A DNA stretch of 63,459 nucleotides from Paraspadella gotoi (Eukaryota > Animalia > Chaetognatha), in assembly GCA_051294375.1 (NCBI GenBank), contig CM119263.1, positions 29,505,134 through 29,568,592 on the forward strand, given 5' to 3'. Made by a program: the position numbers and the translations under genes. The notes below the pieces were generated by a model. That model had not been told where the DNA came from and made no database searches. It worked only from the letters and a program-made list of their open reading frames with translations. Below are positions 32,301 through 45,600 of this stretch, piece after piece (position 1 is the stretch's first letter; every line of letters begins with the position of its first letter).

Positions 32301-33518
32301 TTATCTAACTTTCTCTCTCTCTACATCTACTCTTCTTCATTTGTCATATACCTTCAGTCTCTTCTTCATTCGTCTCATCTCATCTCAATCTCTCTCTCTC
32401 CGTCTCTCTCTCTCTCTCGTCCTCTCTTCCTCTGCTGTCTCCTGGCTCTTATCTCTCGAATCACTCTCCGGTACCACATCCTCTTCTCTCTCTCATATAA
32501 CGACTGCACCAACCGAACCACACTTTCCATACACACCCCTCGCGGCAACTTCATTATTGCAACATCTACTTGAGCTGCTCACTGATAAGTAGTTGCCGAC
32601 TTTTCCGTATCGCATCAGAAGTCATCTCAGACAATAATTGAATACGTGATCCCGAACAACACAATCCCAGCAACGTAAAGAAGAAAAAAAAGAACAGACA
32701 ACAAAATCACGAAAATAGGGTCATAACAAATCACGATAGAAGATAGGGAACCACTCGAATATTACCCCAAATCGCCCACGGAAAAAAAGGAGAACAGCCA
32801 GCGAGGAAATGGGAATGTACTCTTGTGAAGTGGAGGGGAGGAATGACAGTGGAGGGATGATATGTCAAGGGCGGCGTGATGAGCCCAAGACTGATTCTCT
32901 CTCTCTCGTCGTTCCTCTTCTCTCATCTTTCTTACTCTCTTCTTTTGTTCCTTACTTCTCTCTCTCGTCTCATCTGCTTTCTTCTCTCTCTCTACTCCTC
33001 TATTCTCTCTCCTCTCATTGTCTCCTCCTCTCTATGCTATTGTTCTTTTCCAAAAATAGTCGGTAGTTTATAATGCAATTTAATTAACAACTTTATGTTT
33101 CGTATCAAGTACATCGTTTATGACTAACCGCAAACAATCTGCCCCGAAATATTTATATCTAGTCGGCGATCGGTCAATAGTGACGCAAAACGCGTCTTTA
33201 TTACGCCCTACCTCTCTTCCTCATGCTCTGACACCAATGAAACCGCTAGTTAGAAGGGCGACCGCTTTTAATTTGATCAAATAAGCTCACTCGTGAAACT
33301 CACACTACACATTACTCCTTACGATTCCCCGGAAAGAGGCACCTAAAATTCCGTGGTTCTTAAGCGGCGCCCGTCACTCCATCCCGAAAGAGATCAAGCG
33401 AGTTTGGGAAGATGAGGAGATGACGACTAAGTAGGTGAGAATGAAAGTAATCAAATGATTTGCTGAAATGACCATTAGCTGACAGGCTGATGAACGGCTG
33501 AGAGAGAGAGAGACGGAG

Positions 33519-33564
<46 letters not shown>

Positions 33565-35425
33565 GAGACGAGAATGATGATTAGTCAATTGTATCTGTGG
33601 ATTCGAATAGATAGATGGGACATTTACAAACTCTGAATTTGTCGTCCGGAGATAATGGAGTTCTCTGATATTCTCCTTGCATCGGGACTCATATCTGGGA
33701 TGCCATTATTGTTATCGAAATTCAACAACAACAAGCGTTTGATCGGAACCTCTCTGTCTTTACAGATAAGGTACTCCTTCTATTATGTGCGTCACATTCT
33801 CTGGTAGATCTCAGTTACAAAATAGAAAAATGCGGAGTTTTCAAGACCGACGGAGCTACAAGACGAACATTACGGGCCAAATTGTAAGAATCAGTAAATT
33901 TGTTGCTCACGAGAAGTTTCGTAAAAATGAAGAAAGCTAAGTGTATGCAACATTGGACAATGCGACCGCATATGAGTGAACCAAGTAGTACCGACGGAAT
34001 GTGAACGGCACACCAAGAAAATGACGACAACAAAATGGGACCCGAATATCGGTTCAGATATTTTATTTTTTTTCGACGTCGATGGAATAGACGCCGCTTG
34101 CCGAAGACGATAACGACACGCGCGGGTTTACGGCATAACGGCGTCGAAAGGCGTCGAAATCACGCAATTAGACTAATGCGTCACGAGTTCTCCTCCCGCG
34201 TTCATAAACCGAGATCGGGTCCTCGCTTTTTGGCGCCCGTCACAGTTTTTCCTCTCTCTCTCTCTCTGCTCTTCTCTCCTCTCTTCTTCGATTCGTGACT
34301 CTCTCTCCTCTTCTTCTTCTTCTCTCTCTCTCTCATCTCTCTTCCTCTCGTCACTCCTCGATTAATTCATCTCTCTCTCTCTCTCTCCTCTCTGCTCTCC
34401 GTGACGGAATGAAGGCCCGGAACCACTTCCGCGGCAAGAACTATGACCATAGCCATAACCAGGTAAAGCCATGGAATCTGCACTGCGCTACCTTGCCGGC
34501 TCGAGAGAGAGGAGGATAGATGAAAAGAAAAAGAAGGAGAGAGAGAAGAGAAGGACATGAGACGAGAGAGAGCTGAGGATCGCGCGCGNNNNNNNNNNNN
34601 NNNNNNNNNNNNNGAGAGAGAGAGACGGTGAGAATGAGTAGAGAGATGAGAGCGATGGTGGAAGAGACGATTGATTGAGAGAGATAAGAGAGAGAGAAGA
34701 TGAGAGAGAGAGACAAAAGAGGAGCATTCGCTGAACCGAGGTTTCATGGAATTTCATTCGGGTTTCGATGTCATTTCTTTTGCTCTTCAATCTTGAAATT
34801 GTCTGTAGTCAAGATTTTCTTTTTCTTTTTCCTTTTTCTTTTCTTTTCTTTTCTTTTCTTTTCTTTTCCTTTTCTTTTCTTTTCTTTTCTTTTTTTTCTT
34901 TTCTTTTCTTTTCTTTACTTTTCTTATTTTTTCTTTCTTTTTTTTTCTATTATCATTCATTTCTTCTCTTTGTTCAACTCTTCTTTCCATTTTAAACCTT
35001 ATCCTTTTCTTTCTTTTTATCTCTCTCTAGAGAGAGAGAGACAAAAGGGAGATTCGCTGAACCGAGTTTCATGGAATTTTCATTCGGGTTTCGATGTCAT
35101 TTCTTTTGCTCTTCAATCTTGAAATTGTCTGTAGTCAAGATTTTCTTTTTCTTTTTCCTTTTCTTTTCTTTTCTTTTCTTTTCTTTTCTTTTCTTTTCTT
35201 TTCTTTTCTTTTCTTTTCTTTTCTTTTCTTTTCTTTTCTTTTCTTTTCTTTACTTTTCTTTATTTTTCTTTTCTTTCTTTTTTTTTCTATTATCATTTAT
35301 TTCTTTCTTTCTTTGTTTCAACTTTCTTTCCATTTTAAACCTTATCCTTTTCTTTCTTTTTTATTTTTCTCTTTAGTGTAATTTTTTTTTCTCTTCTTTC
35401 TTTAACTTCCTTACTTTTTTCTGTT

Positions 35426-35493
<68 letters not shown>

Positions 35494-35751
35494 TTTTTCT
35501 TTCTATTTTTAGTTTCCTTTTTTAGACGTCAGCCTCTTTTCTCATTCACGCCAAAGACGACGACGACGACGACGACGAGGGCAACAACGATAACGACGAA
35601 GATAGCGACGACTATAACAACAACGACTACGACTCCAATGACGACAATGACGACGACAACGACGACAACATAGACGGAGACAATTTTGGCCCAAAACAAG
35701 AAAACAAGTTGATTAGATGAAATCGGACAATCGAACCCATTGAGAGAGAGA

Positions 35752-35810
<59 letters not shown>

Positions 35811-38800
35811 ACGGCGAGAATTAAAAAATAAAATTATGAAAAACGAGTTTTTTAATCACGAAAAAGAAGTGAATGAAAAGAGAAGAAAAAAGAAGATGGC
35901 CGACTCGACAATTTAAGAGAGAGGAAGAGAGAGAGAGAGAGAAAGAGAGAAAGAGAGAGAGGGAGAGAGAGAGAAAGAGAGCGATGTCCGACTGGAAAAT
36001 TAAATTTTCTTCTCAATAGAAATCAAATTTTAAATTGAAAAAAACACCACAGAGAGAGGGATAGCTTCTTTTTTTATTCTTCTTTTCATTTATCTTTATC
36101 ATTTTCTTTCTTATCTTTTCTTGTCATATTTTCTTTTCTTCTTACTTCTTATAACTTTTTTATTTATAATTATCTTACCATTTTTTCTTTCTTTGCTTCA
36201 TATATATTTTAAGCTGTTTCCTTTCGCCTTGTTTATTTTTAATAGCTCAGCATTTTTCTACTTCTTTCATTTCACTTCACTTACTTTATATATCTTCTTT
36301 CTTTCTTTCATATCTTTCTTTCTTATCTTTTTTTATATATCTTTTAGTTTCCATTTTTAGACGTCAGCATCTCATTCACGCAAAACACGCGAGGGGCAAC
36401 AACGAGGCGGAGCAATGACTATAGAGACAGGACACTACGGCGATGACGACAATGACCGGACGACCGGACAATTTGGCAGAAATATCGCGACAATACGAAC
36501 CCATTGAGACAGAGAGGAAAGAGAGAGAGAGAGTGAGTAGAGAGGCAAAGAACGAGAGCAGAGAGAGAGAGAGAGAGTAGAGACGAGAGACGAGCAGAGA
36601 GAAGGAGAGAGAGTAGAGGACGAGAGAAGAGCAGAGATAGAGAGAGAGAGAAGTTGAGCCAGCGGCACGGCGAGAATTCAAACAAGATAAAATTAAATGA
36701 AAAACGAGGTTTTTTAATCACAAGAAAAAGAAGTGAACTGAAAAGATGAAGAAAAAAGAAGTATGGCCGACTCGCACACATTTAAGAAGAGGAAGAGAGA
36801 GAGATTGACGAGAGAGAAAAGAGCAGAGAGCGAGAGAAGAGAGAAGATGAAGAGAGGGAGAGAGACGAGAAAGGAGGAGCGATGTCCGCACTTTCGGAAG
36901 TTAAATTCTTAGGTTCCCTTCCTCACTAGTAGAAGAATCAAAATTCTGTTAAATAATGACCAAAGGAAATTTGCAGCTGTAAAATTTTTCTATATGTTTA
37001 ATAAGTCAACTGTATTACTATTTCGACACGTATCTTCTTCAAGACCCTGTCATCAAAGACTTTATATAACGGGGTAAGAGAGAAAGAAACGACTGGAGGT
37101 GACGAGAGCATGAGGATAAAGGGGAGAAAAGAAGACGAAGAAGAGAGAGAGAGAGAAGAGAGAGAAGAGAGAGAGAGAGAGAGATGAGAAGAGAGAGAAG
37201 AGAGGAGAACATAAAAACGAAAGAAGTCTATTTTTATAAGAGGCCATTTGGACATGTTTAATGGGCAGACGAAACGACAATGAGGAAAGACGGACGACGC
37301 CGTGTATACGAACACACGACGACTGACGAACACGACGACTACGATGTTCATCGTCAAAACTCAAACCACGACGAACGAATTCCGATACCGATGACAATTG
37401 GTAACAAACCAACTTCGAAGATCGCATTATTTTTCGTTCTCGACCATTCTCCAGATTTTGTTTCTTCTAATCAAGATTTTTGTTCAACATTTTCCTTCAA
37501 CTTTTTAATTCCTTTATTTTTTTCTGAACATTTAATATCTCCGTATCTATTATTCCTTTCCTTTCTCCTGCTTACCCAGATCGNNNNNNNNNNNNNNNNN
37601 NNNNNNNNCCCCCTCCTTTTTTCTCTTTCCCCCGATTCGTCTTCATTTTCTCTTTTTTCACAAAATATTTCCTCTTCTCTCTTTCTCTTTTTCTGTGATT
37701 CTTTTGTCGCCAAAAAAAAGAAAAAAAAAGAAAAGGAAATAAATTAGTCGCTGTTGACGAAATTTTCCCCAACCCTTTTCCCCCCATAATTGATTAATAT
37801 ATAATTTGGTTTTTCTTACAGATTCCTTCTCAGTTTCATATCTTAATTTTTTTACACTTTTCTTTTAACTTTTCTCACATCTGTTGTCCCTTAATCATTG
37901 TCTTGCACTGACTGAGAAGAGAGGAAATCTCTCAGTGAAACCATTACGTCCGTTGCCATGCCTTTCCACATCCCATTTCCGTCTCCTTCTAGACCCCATC
38001 ATGCAATCTCTTAATCTCTCTCCCTTTTCTCTCTTTATCCACTTTTCCACTCTTCCCGACCCCATTCTCACCCNNNNNNNNNNNNNNNNNNNNNNNNNNN
38101 NNNNNNNNNNNNNNNNNNNNNNNNNNNNNNNNNNNNNNNNNNNNNNNNNNNNNNNNNNNNNNNNNNNNNNNNNNNNNNNNNNNNNNNNNNNNNNNNNNNN
38201 NNNNNNNNNNNNNNNNNNNNNNNNNNNNNNNNNNNNNNNNNNNNNNNNNNNNNNNNNNNNNNNNNNNNNNNNNNNNNNNNNNNNNNNNNNNNNNNNNNNN
38301 NNNNNNNNNNNNNNNNNNNNNNNNNNNNNNNNNNNNNNNTTGATGTCCATTATGCAGAAAGGGAAGTTGTCTTGTAGCGAGGAATGATGTCCGACATTAG
38401 CTCCTTGGCCGGGCGGTGAACAAGGGGGGGAAATGTGATGGGAAAAGGGTAAGGGAAATAATGAAAGGCCCTGGCGGCAAAAAGGAGAAGTTCGTTCTGT
38501 GGTTCCTCGCGTTAATTGAGAAATCATTTCGTATGAATGTAACGAATGTTACGAATTTAAGTTATGAATGTTCTTCGATGCAAAAAAAAATTAATTGGTA
38601 AATTTTTTTGACATTTCCAAGAAATAATTTTTAATAAAATTTATATATATATAAAACTTCAGCCAGTCAACCTAACCTAAATAATCTACAAAAACTCACT
38701 TGTTCTCTCTATAAAATTAAGTAAACTGACAGGAAAAAATATAGTATTGTAATCCTATTTCTAAATTTTATGTAGAAAATAGTAATTTGATGTAGAAAAT

Positions 38801-39296
38801 AGTAAAATGATTTTTAAAGCCTCAAAATAAAAATGAGAGTAAAGTTCGTACAAAAGAGGCGGTGATATTTCTCCCTTTGAATCCGCGATTCGTCAGGCGG
38901 AGAGATATGAGTTTCGAGGTCAGAGCCGATTCACTCCTCGTCTTCGTCCGCGAAAAAGTAGGGCCACATTGTTTAAATTATTATTCGGTGATTTTTCTGA
39001 ATCCATTGAGAATCACGTTATTCTTTTTCATAAAATCTTTTCAAGTTTTGTCATTAAATTACCAACTGTAATTGTGTTTTACCACGAGCAATTTATATTT
39101 GGCCTACCTGCTTTTTGATCAAACATGATGTTTTCTATTTCTTAAACAATAATTTCATAACAACGACCGTCCGACCCTCATTCGACCCTGGATCGGGTCA
39201 TCCTTTGGAAAATGGATTCACTCAGGTCAAAAATGGCAAAAACCTTTTTTCTTCCATCCAAGGATTTTCCATTTTCGCCTCGACGGATTCACATAG

Positions 39297-39337
<41 letters not shown>

Positions 39338-39739
39338 TTTTCACTCCTGCTCCACCCCCGCCAATGACATCTTTTTGACCAGAGAGGTCGCTCTACCGAT
39401 TTGTGGTTCACTCCAGCAAAGGGAGATATGAGCTTTACAGTTTTTGAGGGCCTGGAGGACAGGAGTAGGAAAATAAAAAGGTAGAGCTAAATCGGAAGAG
39501 CTAAATTTCCTTTTTAGTAAATAAACAATGTAACAAAATAATGTTATCAATTGATTTTAGAAGATTAAAAATTGCTCTTGTGTTTGTAGAGAAGCTATAA
39601 GAAGCAATATTTGCTCCAGCTGGGCTCCGTTGTTGTCTAGATGGGAATCGCTCCTGCGAGGTCGAGAGAGACGAGGGATGTGGAGAAACTAAGCGCTCCT
39701 CCAAAGTTAAAGCGGGGAGGTGCTTATCCGAAACCGAAA

Positions 39740-40082
39740 GAGGCACTCCGAAAGAGGCGCTCCACTAAGGTCGACAAACGTGCTCCCCTGAAGCCGAGAA
39801 AGGCGCTCCTTCGAGGCCAGAAGAGGCGTTCTACAGAGGCCCTCCATGGGGCAAAGAGGCGATCCACTGGGATGTATAGGCGCTCCACTGGGGCAAAGAG
39901 ACGCTCCTTTGGGGCGCTCCACTGAGGCGAAGAGGCGCTCCTTTGAGGCGAAGAGGCACTCCACTGAGGCGAAGTGGCGCTCCTTTGAGGCGAAGAGGCG
40001 CTCCACTGGGGCGAAGAGGCGCTCCTTTGAGGCGAAGAGGCGCTCCACTGGGGCGAAGAGGCGCTCCACTGGGGCGAAGAGG
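39740..40082. repeat. 21-bp GC-rich minisatellite (GGCGAAGAGGCGCTCC[ACT/TTT]GA)
   Basis: About 15 tandem units, most regular at 39925-40080. It explains the repetitive ORFs there. Confidence 0.9.
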
Positions 40083-40215
40083 TCGCGAGGCTCAAAGTTG
40101 AGGTCGAATTCCCGATTCTTGTTTTTTTCCCTTAACGACGATTTGATGAGAAATTCTGTCTTCGCGAAGAATTGGGGGGGGAGAGAGAGAGACGGAGAGA
40201 GAGAGAGGAGAGAAG

Positions 40216-40255
<40 letters not shown>

Positions 40256-42605
40256 AACACGGAGGGACAGTTTAGAAAATATTTTATTATTTTCTATGCC
40301 AGCGCGAGATCGAACGTTTAAAGTTTGAAATTTCGCCCGAAACGAATTGCTTAACTTGAGTTCATGAGAGAAAAGTCACTTTGTATATTTAATCATTTAT
40401 TTAAGAAAAATTCCCCAGAAACTCGTAAAGACAGAGTTTCCTCCGGGCGAAACACATATCATATCAAAAATCTCTCTCGGAATACGAGTGGCCTATGAAA
40501 AATATGAGGGACCGAAAAACAGACCTTAGCATTGGCCAAACGACCTTAAAAAGAGAGGCGAGGCGTGACATCTTTTTCAGACAGAGAGAGAATTAAAGTC
40601 AGCGAGATTGCTCAAGGTTCCGCTTACAAACGTCGCATTTAGCAAAAAAACAACTCTTTCCTATATTGTTCAGTCGTTACTTACAATATTAATTTAATTT
40701 GTACCACAATACAAATTGGGCCGAACTAGGGATTGGTTAAAATCATCTCCATCTGTTTCTAATAATAAAAAAGTATGTACATTTTTTGCAATATTTAAGA
40801 AAAAAAATCATGTCCATTTTTGTCCATTTTCACTTTCGTCCTCTGATTTGAATGCAAAGGAAAGTTGAGAAAAAATTTTTACTTTGGAAATCCGTTCTTC
40901 CTTATCTTATTCACCTCTGGGTAAATTTATTTGCTTAAATCATTTGTAGTTTGCCTATGAATTAATTTTAAAGTTGACAAGTCAAAAAGTTTAATTTTCA
41001 GTTTTTATCATAATTTGTTAAACAAAAATTGTTCAAATTGATTTAAATTAACAGAAAATACAGCCTATTGAATAAGCTTTTAAAACCTATAAAATAATAA
41101 AAAAAACCTGCTTCGTTTAGCCACAAATAATTTTTAAAGACGGCAATTAATTTGTGACTTTTTGTTACTTGCATTAATTTTTAATAGAGATATTTTCAAC
41201 TCATTTATTAGTTTTAAAAGATAATATACATACTGACGTTGATTAATAAAAAAAAACCGCATCCTTTTAATCCAATGGAAAGGGTCAGGACCTGTTTTTT
41301 CTCAGAATCGACAGATTTTGCAGAAAATAAATTCCGCAAAATCTGTCAATTTACTAAATCTGCTAGGCAACCAAACTTTGAATAAAATCTTGCGCTACCC
41401 AAATTTTTTTTACTACGTTACATTTTAAACATTTTCATATATTTAACATAATGTAAACACAGATATAATAAGTGACGGGAGAAAAAGAGAAGAGGAGAGA
41501 GAGACAATGTGTGTGAAAAGGAAGCTGATAGAGGGGGAGGGAGGCGGATTGGAAAGTATAAAAAAAATGGAGTAAGAGGAGATGAGAACAAGAGAAGGAG
41601 AGAAAAGAAGAGATAGTAGGAAAGGAGAGACATAATCGGAAGAAAGAAGAAGAAAGCTGAGATAAAGAAGAAATAGTAAAGAAAAGAGACAAAAAGAGAG
41701 AAGGAGAGGAAAGGGAAGAAGAGGAGGATTAAGGAAGAAAGAGTGACAGAAAGAAGAAGAAAGAAGGGAAAAAAAAAAGAGAGTGTAAGAAACAAAAAAT
41801 ATTATGTGTCATCTTTTTCCTGTAGAGTCCTGTGAATCTAAATGACGTTAAAATTCTTATGAGTCTACGCAGTCGTTAAAAGTATGTTGTTCTTACCATG
41901 AAAAATCGCCTGTACTTTTTCTTAAATTAAGCAGATAAACGAGGATATTGATTGTTTGTCGCGAGAGAAATCATGTTCTTACGATATTTTAAGCATGAAA
42001 TTCATCCTAGTGTGCTCTACCTTACAAGTAAAAGATAACTATAGCCAACCGTTTTTTTAACTGAAGAATGTCCTATATTTATCAGCGAGATGAAAATAAA
42101 TGCAAATTATTCCAATTTCAAAATCATTGTCTAAAATACCCGAAGGGGAAGTAGAGCCTCAAGTCAAGATTCCGACAAAATCCTGTCAGAGCTGCGAGCA
42201 GCTTAAATAATTGTTGAGTCATCGAACAGTTTTTTAGGAAAAAAAAATTGGAACCTTTACTTTTTATCTGAATATTTTAAGGGGCGTTTTAGACAGAATC
42301 CTTGTACAGCTTAACTTGAAAAAAAACTGTTTTTGAAAGAAAAACAGGCATTTACGAATAATACTAAATTTTAAGGACTGCAATTCATTTTGTGAAATCC
42401 TTTCTTTTCGTTGTGTTTTGTATTGAGATAAAAAGTTTTAAATGTATTAAACAACGATTTATTTTTTAAATAATGGACATGTTTTACTGGACTTCAATGA
42501 CAATTTTACCTATTCTTTTCTGTAATTTTTATATTTCCCCGTCGCAGGAGACTCTTAGTAATTTACTAATAAGAGTCATTGTCTTTGACCGAATTTAACC
42601 CAAAG

Positions 42606-45600
42606 ATGCCGCGAGAACAGTTCTACACTGATGGCGAAAAAGACATTTTCGTTGGATGATTGCGGTGAAGCAATTTGACCGTCATGGTTATAGAATTGAT
42701 CAAATTCACTCTGGCCGGCTGAACAAAAAAAACCCTACGACGAATCAATGTGGATGGAATGGTCTTGCTACAATTAATGAAACGATTTTAAAGTTTAAGA
42801 ATACGAGGGTTGAAAAAAATTTTTTACAAAGGGAGACTAATTCCGAATCTTGAGAAAGCCGATTATTTTATTTTTGAAATAATGTTTCAATATTCATATT
42901 GAGCAAAGAAAAACAAGACCTTATCGACAAAATTCAGCTGAAGAGTTACGATGAAAACCTTTCTACCACAATCGAAATCAGTGATCAGGAACTCGAAGAA
43001 AATTTGTCAGAAATCCACGAAATCGTCCACAAGTTATTTGACGATCCGAAACAAAAAGAAAAATGGTGGAGTTATTTTCAAAGACTCAAAGAGGAGCCTT
43101 TGGACGAGACGAAAGGAGGTAAGAAATTCTCTAATACTTTAATTAATTTATATATACTAAAGTGACCCAGAATACCGTTCTGATGGTATGGATCGATGGA
43201 CGGTATGGATCCATTGGATTCACTTGATAGTGGATAGCCCTTGTTGTTAGTAAGTTCGGATCCGGCGAGCGGCCCGTCTCTCTTTGGCAATGGATAGATA
43301 TTAGATAATACAATATTGTGATAGTACAATATTATGTTACCCTCACAGGGTAATTGCGCATCGAAATAATAACCACCGTAGGCTAAAGTTTAATATCATG
43401 TCTTTACCATACAAATTTGGTTTCCTTGAAGGATTTTTTACTATGAACCAATACCGTTGGTTTCGTATTAATATTGCGATTCAAGATGGTGGAAGAAATA
43501 TGCTTAAGCAACTGGTACAAATAGAACTGCATAAAAAATATAAATTGAGCTTTGATAACAAACTATGGGAGAGATGGTGTATTGACAACGATGATGAATT
43601 AAAAGAATCTCGGTTTTATTCGTCGCAAATAAAGGTCATTATAAATGGAAAAGCTATACCAGATTTCGAATTTATAAACGTCTTTTTTCTTTACGATGTT
43701 ATTATCTTAATAAACCCAAATCGAAATCTGGTTGTGCGGCGCTCGGCAGAGTTAAAACAGAAAACGGTTAATCTTGAGTTTGATATCGACGAATCCAAAT
43801 TCAATTCACTTTTCGACGATTTATTTAAAATCTGCAAGTCTCTATTACACGATATTGATAAAAAAGTGTATTTGGATTGTAAGAGATACTTGGAGTACAT
43901 TAAGATTCAACAGATTGACGGAGATCAACTACCCCCAAGTAAGTTAAAAAAAGTTTGGTTGATAAATAAGCCATAGCGTTTCAGGCTAACTTACTCTTCT
44001 CTACTAACTGAGCTTTTTTTAGTATTTTCTGGTTTTACCATGCTCCATTGCTAATGTGATAGTATTAGCATAACCCCGCTAAAGGCAGAAGTTAACTTAC
44101 TGAGAGTATGTAGCCCATAAGACAATGATACATGCAACGCCTCCTGGCATCCCTGGGCCACAAATTAATACATAATTAATATTTTTATTGCATTTTGTCT
44201 TCAATGACATTATATTTACTTTCTTACCAGGTTCCATTGCAACATCTACAGGACAACGCTTTACTATTGTTTCATCACTCTTAGATAAACACACCTAAAC
44301 AATCCCGTAGTTTTTGAGGGCAAAATTGCTGACAAAGTGACAGTAGCTATAAAGTCAATACAACTGTGATACAAGGAAAACATTTACAATTCAGCGAACA
44401 GTGTTGAGATAATTCGTAAGTTTGACAGACATCAAATCTGATTCATTTTCTTTGGTGATGCAAGGACGAATGCCAGGGCAGACCGACAGTTGGATATCTT
44501 TTAATGGAGAAATGCGAAGCTACTTTGAGAGACGTGCGTCAATGGTTTTGAGCTACCCGGACAACCTGATTTAAAGAAAGGCAGTCACTGGAACTGGCAA
44601 AAAATCTTTTGACTGGTTTAGCGTACTTGCACACGGGTATAAGACCTATTGTTCACAGAGATATTAAACGCGGATAACTGTTTTATAAAGATAGACGCAA
44701 GAAATAATACAATCACAGGAAAACTCGGTGACTTTGGGGTCAGTAAAGAAATGAGTAGTTTTGTCAATATGAAACAACTGCCATCCATGGACATGAATAT
44801 TATAGATCTCCAGAGCTTTTGCAGTTTCATTTGGAGTCAAAGTAAAATTAACACCAGCAGAACATCATTTTTCGGAATGTTTTTTGCACTCGGGTGTACT
44901 CTGGGAGAGTTGTTTACAGGAAAAACATCCATTTTTAGAGAAACAAGCGAGTATACCTTTAATATTTCAGAATAATATTAGTGATGGAAAAATTAATTTT
45001 CTAACCTTTTTTGAAATACCCGTATGAAGCTAAAATAGGAATGTGCAATCTCATACTGGCCATGACCTATTTTACAGCGACTAAATAGACCCACCGCAAG
45101 TAAATGCATGGAGCATCTATGTATTTCAAGATCCTACACACAATACAGAAAGAGCGAATAGAGTCAATCAGTTACTGAATGAATAAAGGACCAAGAAGAA
45201 AGCCAAATATCATTCAACAGTGATAATGAAAACTCAGAATTGATCTTGGGATGTAACGGAAACTGGCTGAAAAGTTTCCCACCAATTTCATCCTTACTTG
45301 ACTGGAAGAGCGAGGTAAACTAAGCAAATATGATATCGCCCAAGCTTCTGAGCTTCGGCGTTGTTTGAGAAAACATCTTCACACATGCGGTTTAGTCCCT
45401 CTGACATTGAGGAAAGTAGTGGAATAACTCAACCGAGACAAGAGACATCCATAGTACTTTATACAAAATATACCCTTGGTTGGATTGCCACGACTTGTGG
45501 TTTGATCAAGTTCTATGTGACAAACTTGATATTTTTGGGGAAATTTCAATACGAGTTAGAGATACAGATGCATCAAGAATTGAAAGAAAAAAATGCCATT

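Noticed and set aside
37884-38527. ORFs spanning N runs (also 49135-49365, 60383-61053, 61263-61730, 62749-63350)
   Set aside because: Their length is an artefact of translating gaps.
39641-40328. Repetitive ORFs (EAKRRSF/VERLFAS)
   Set aside because: Open in several frames on both strands simply because of the 21-bp minisatellite; no splice support.
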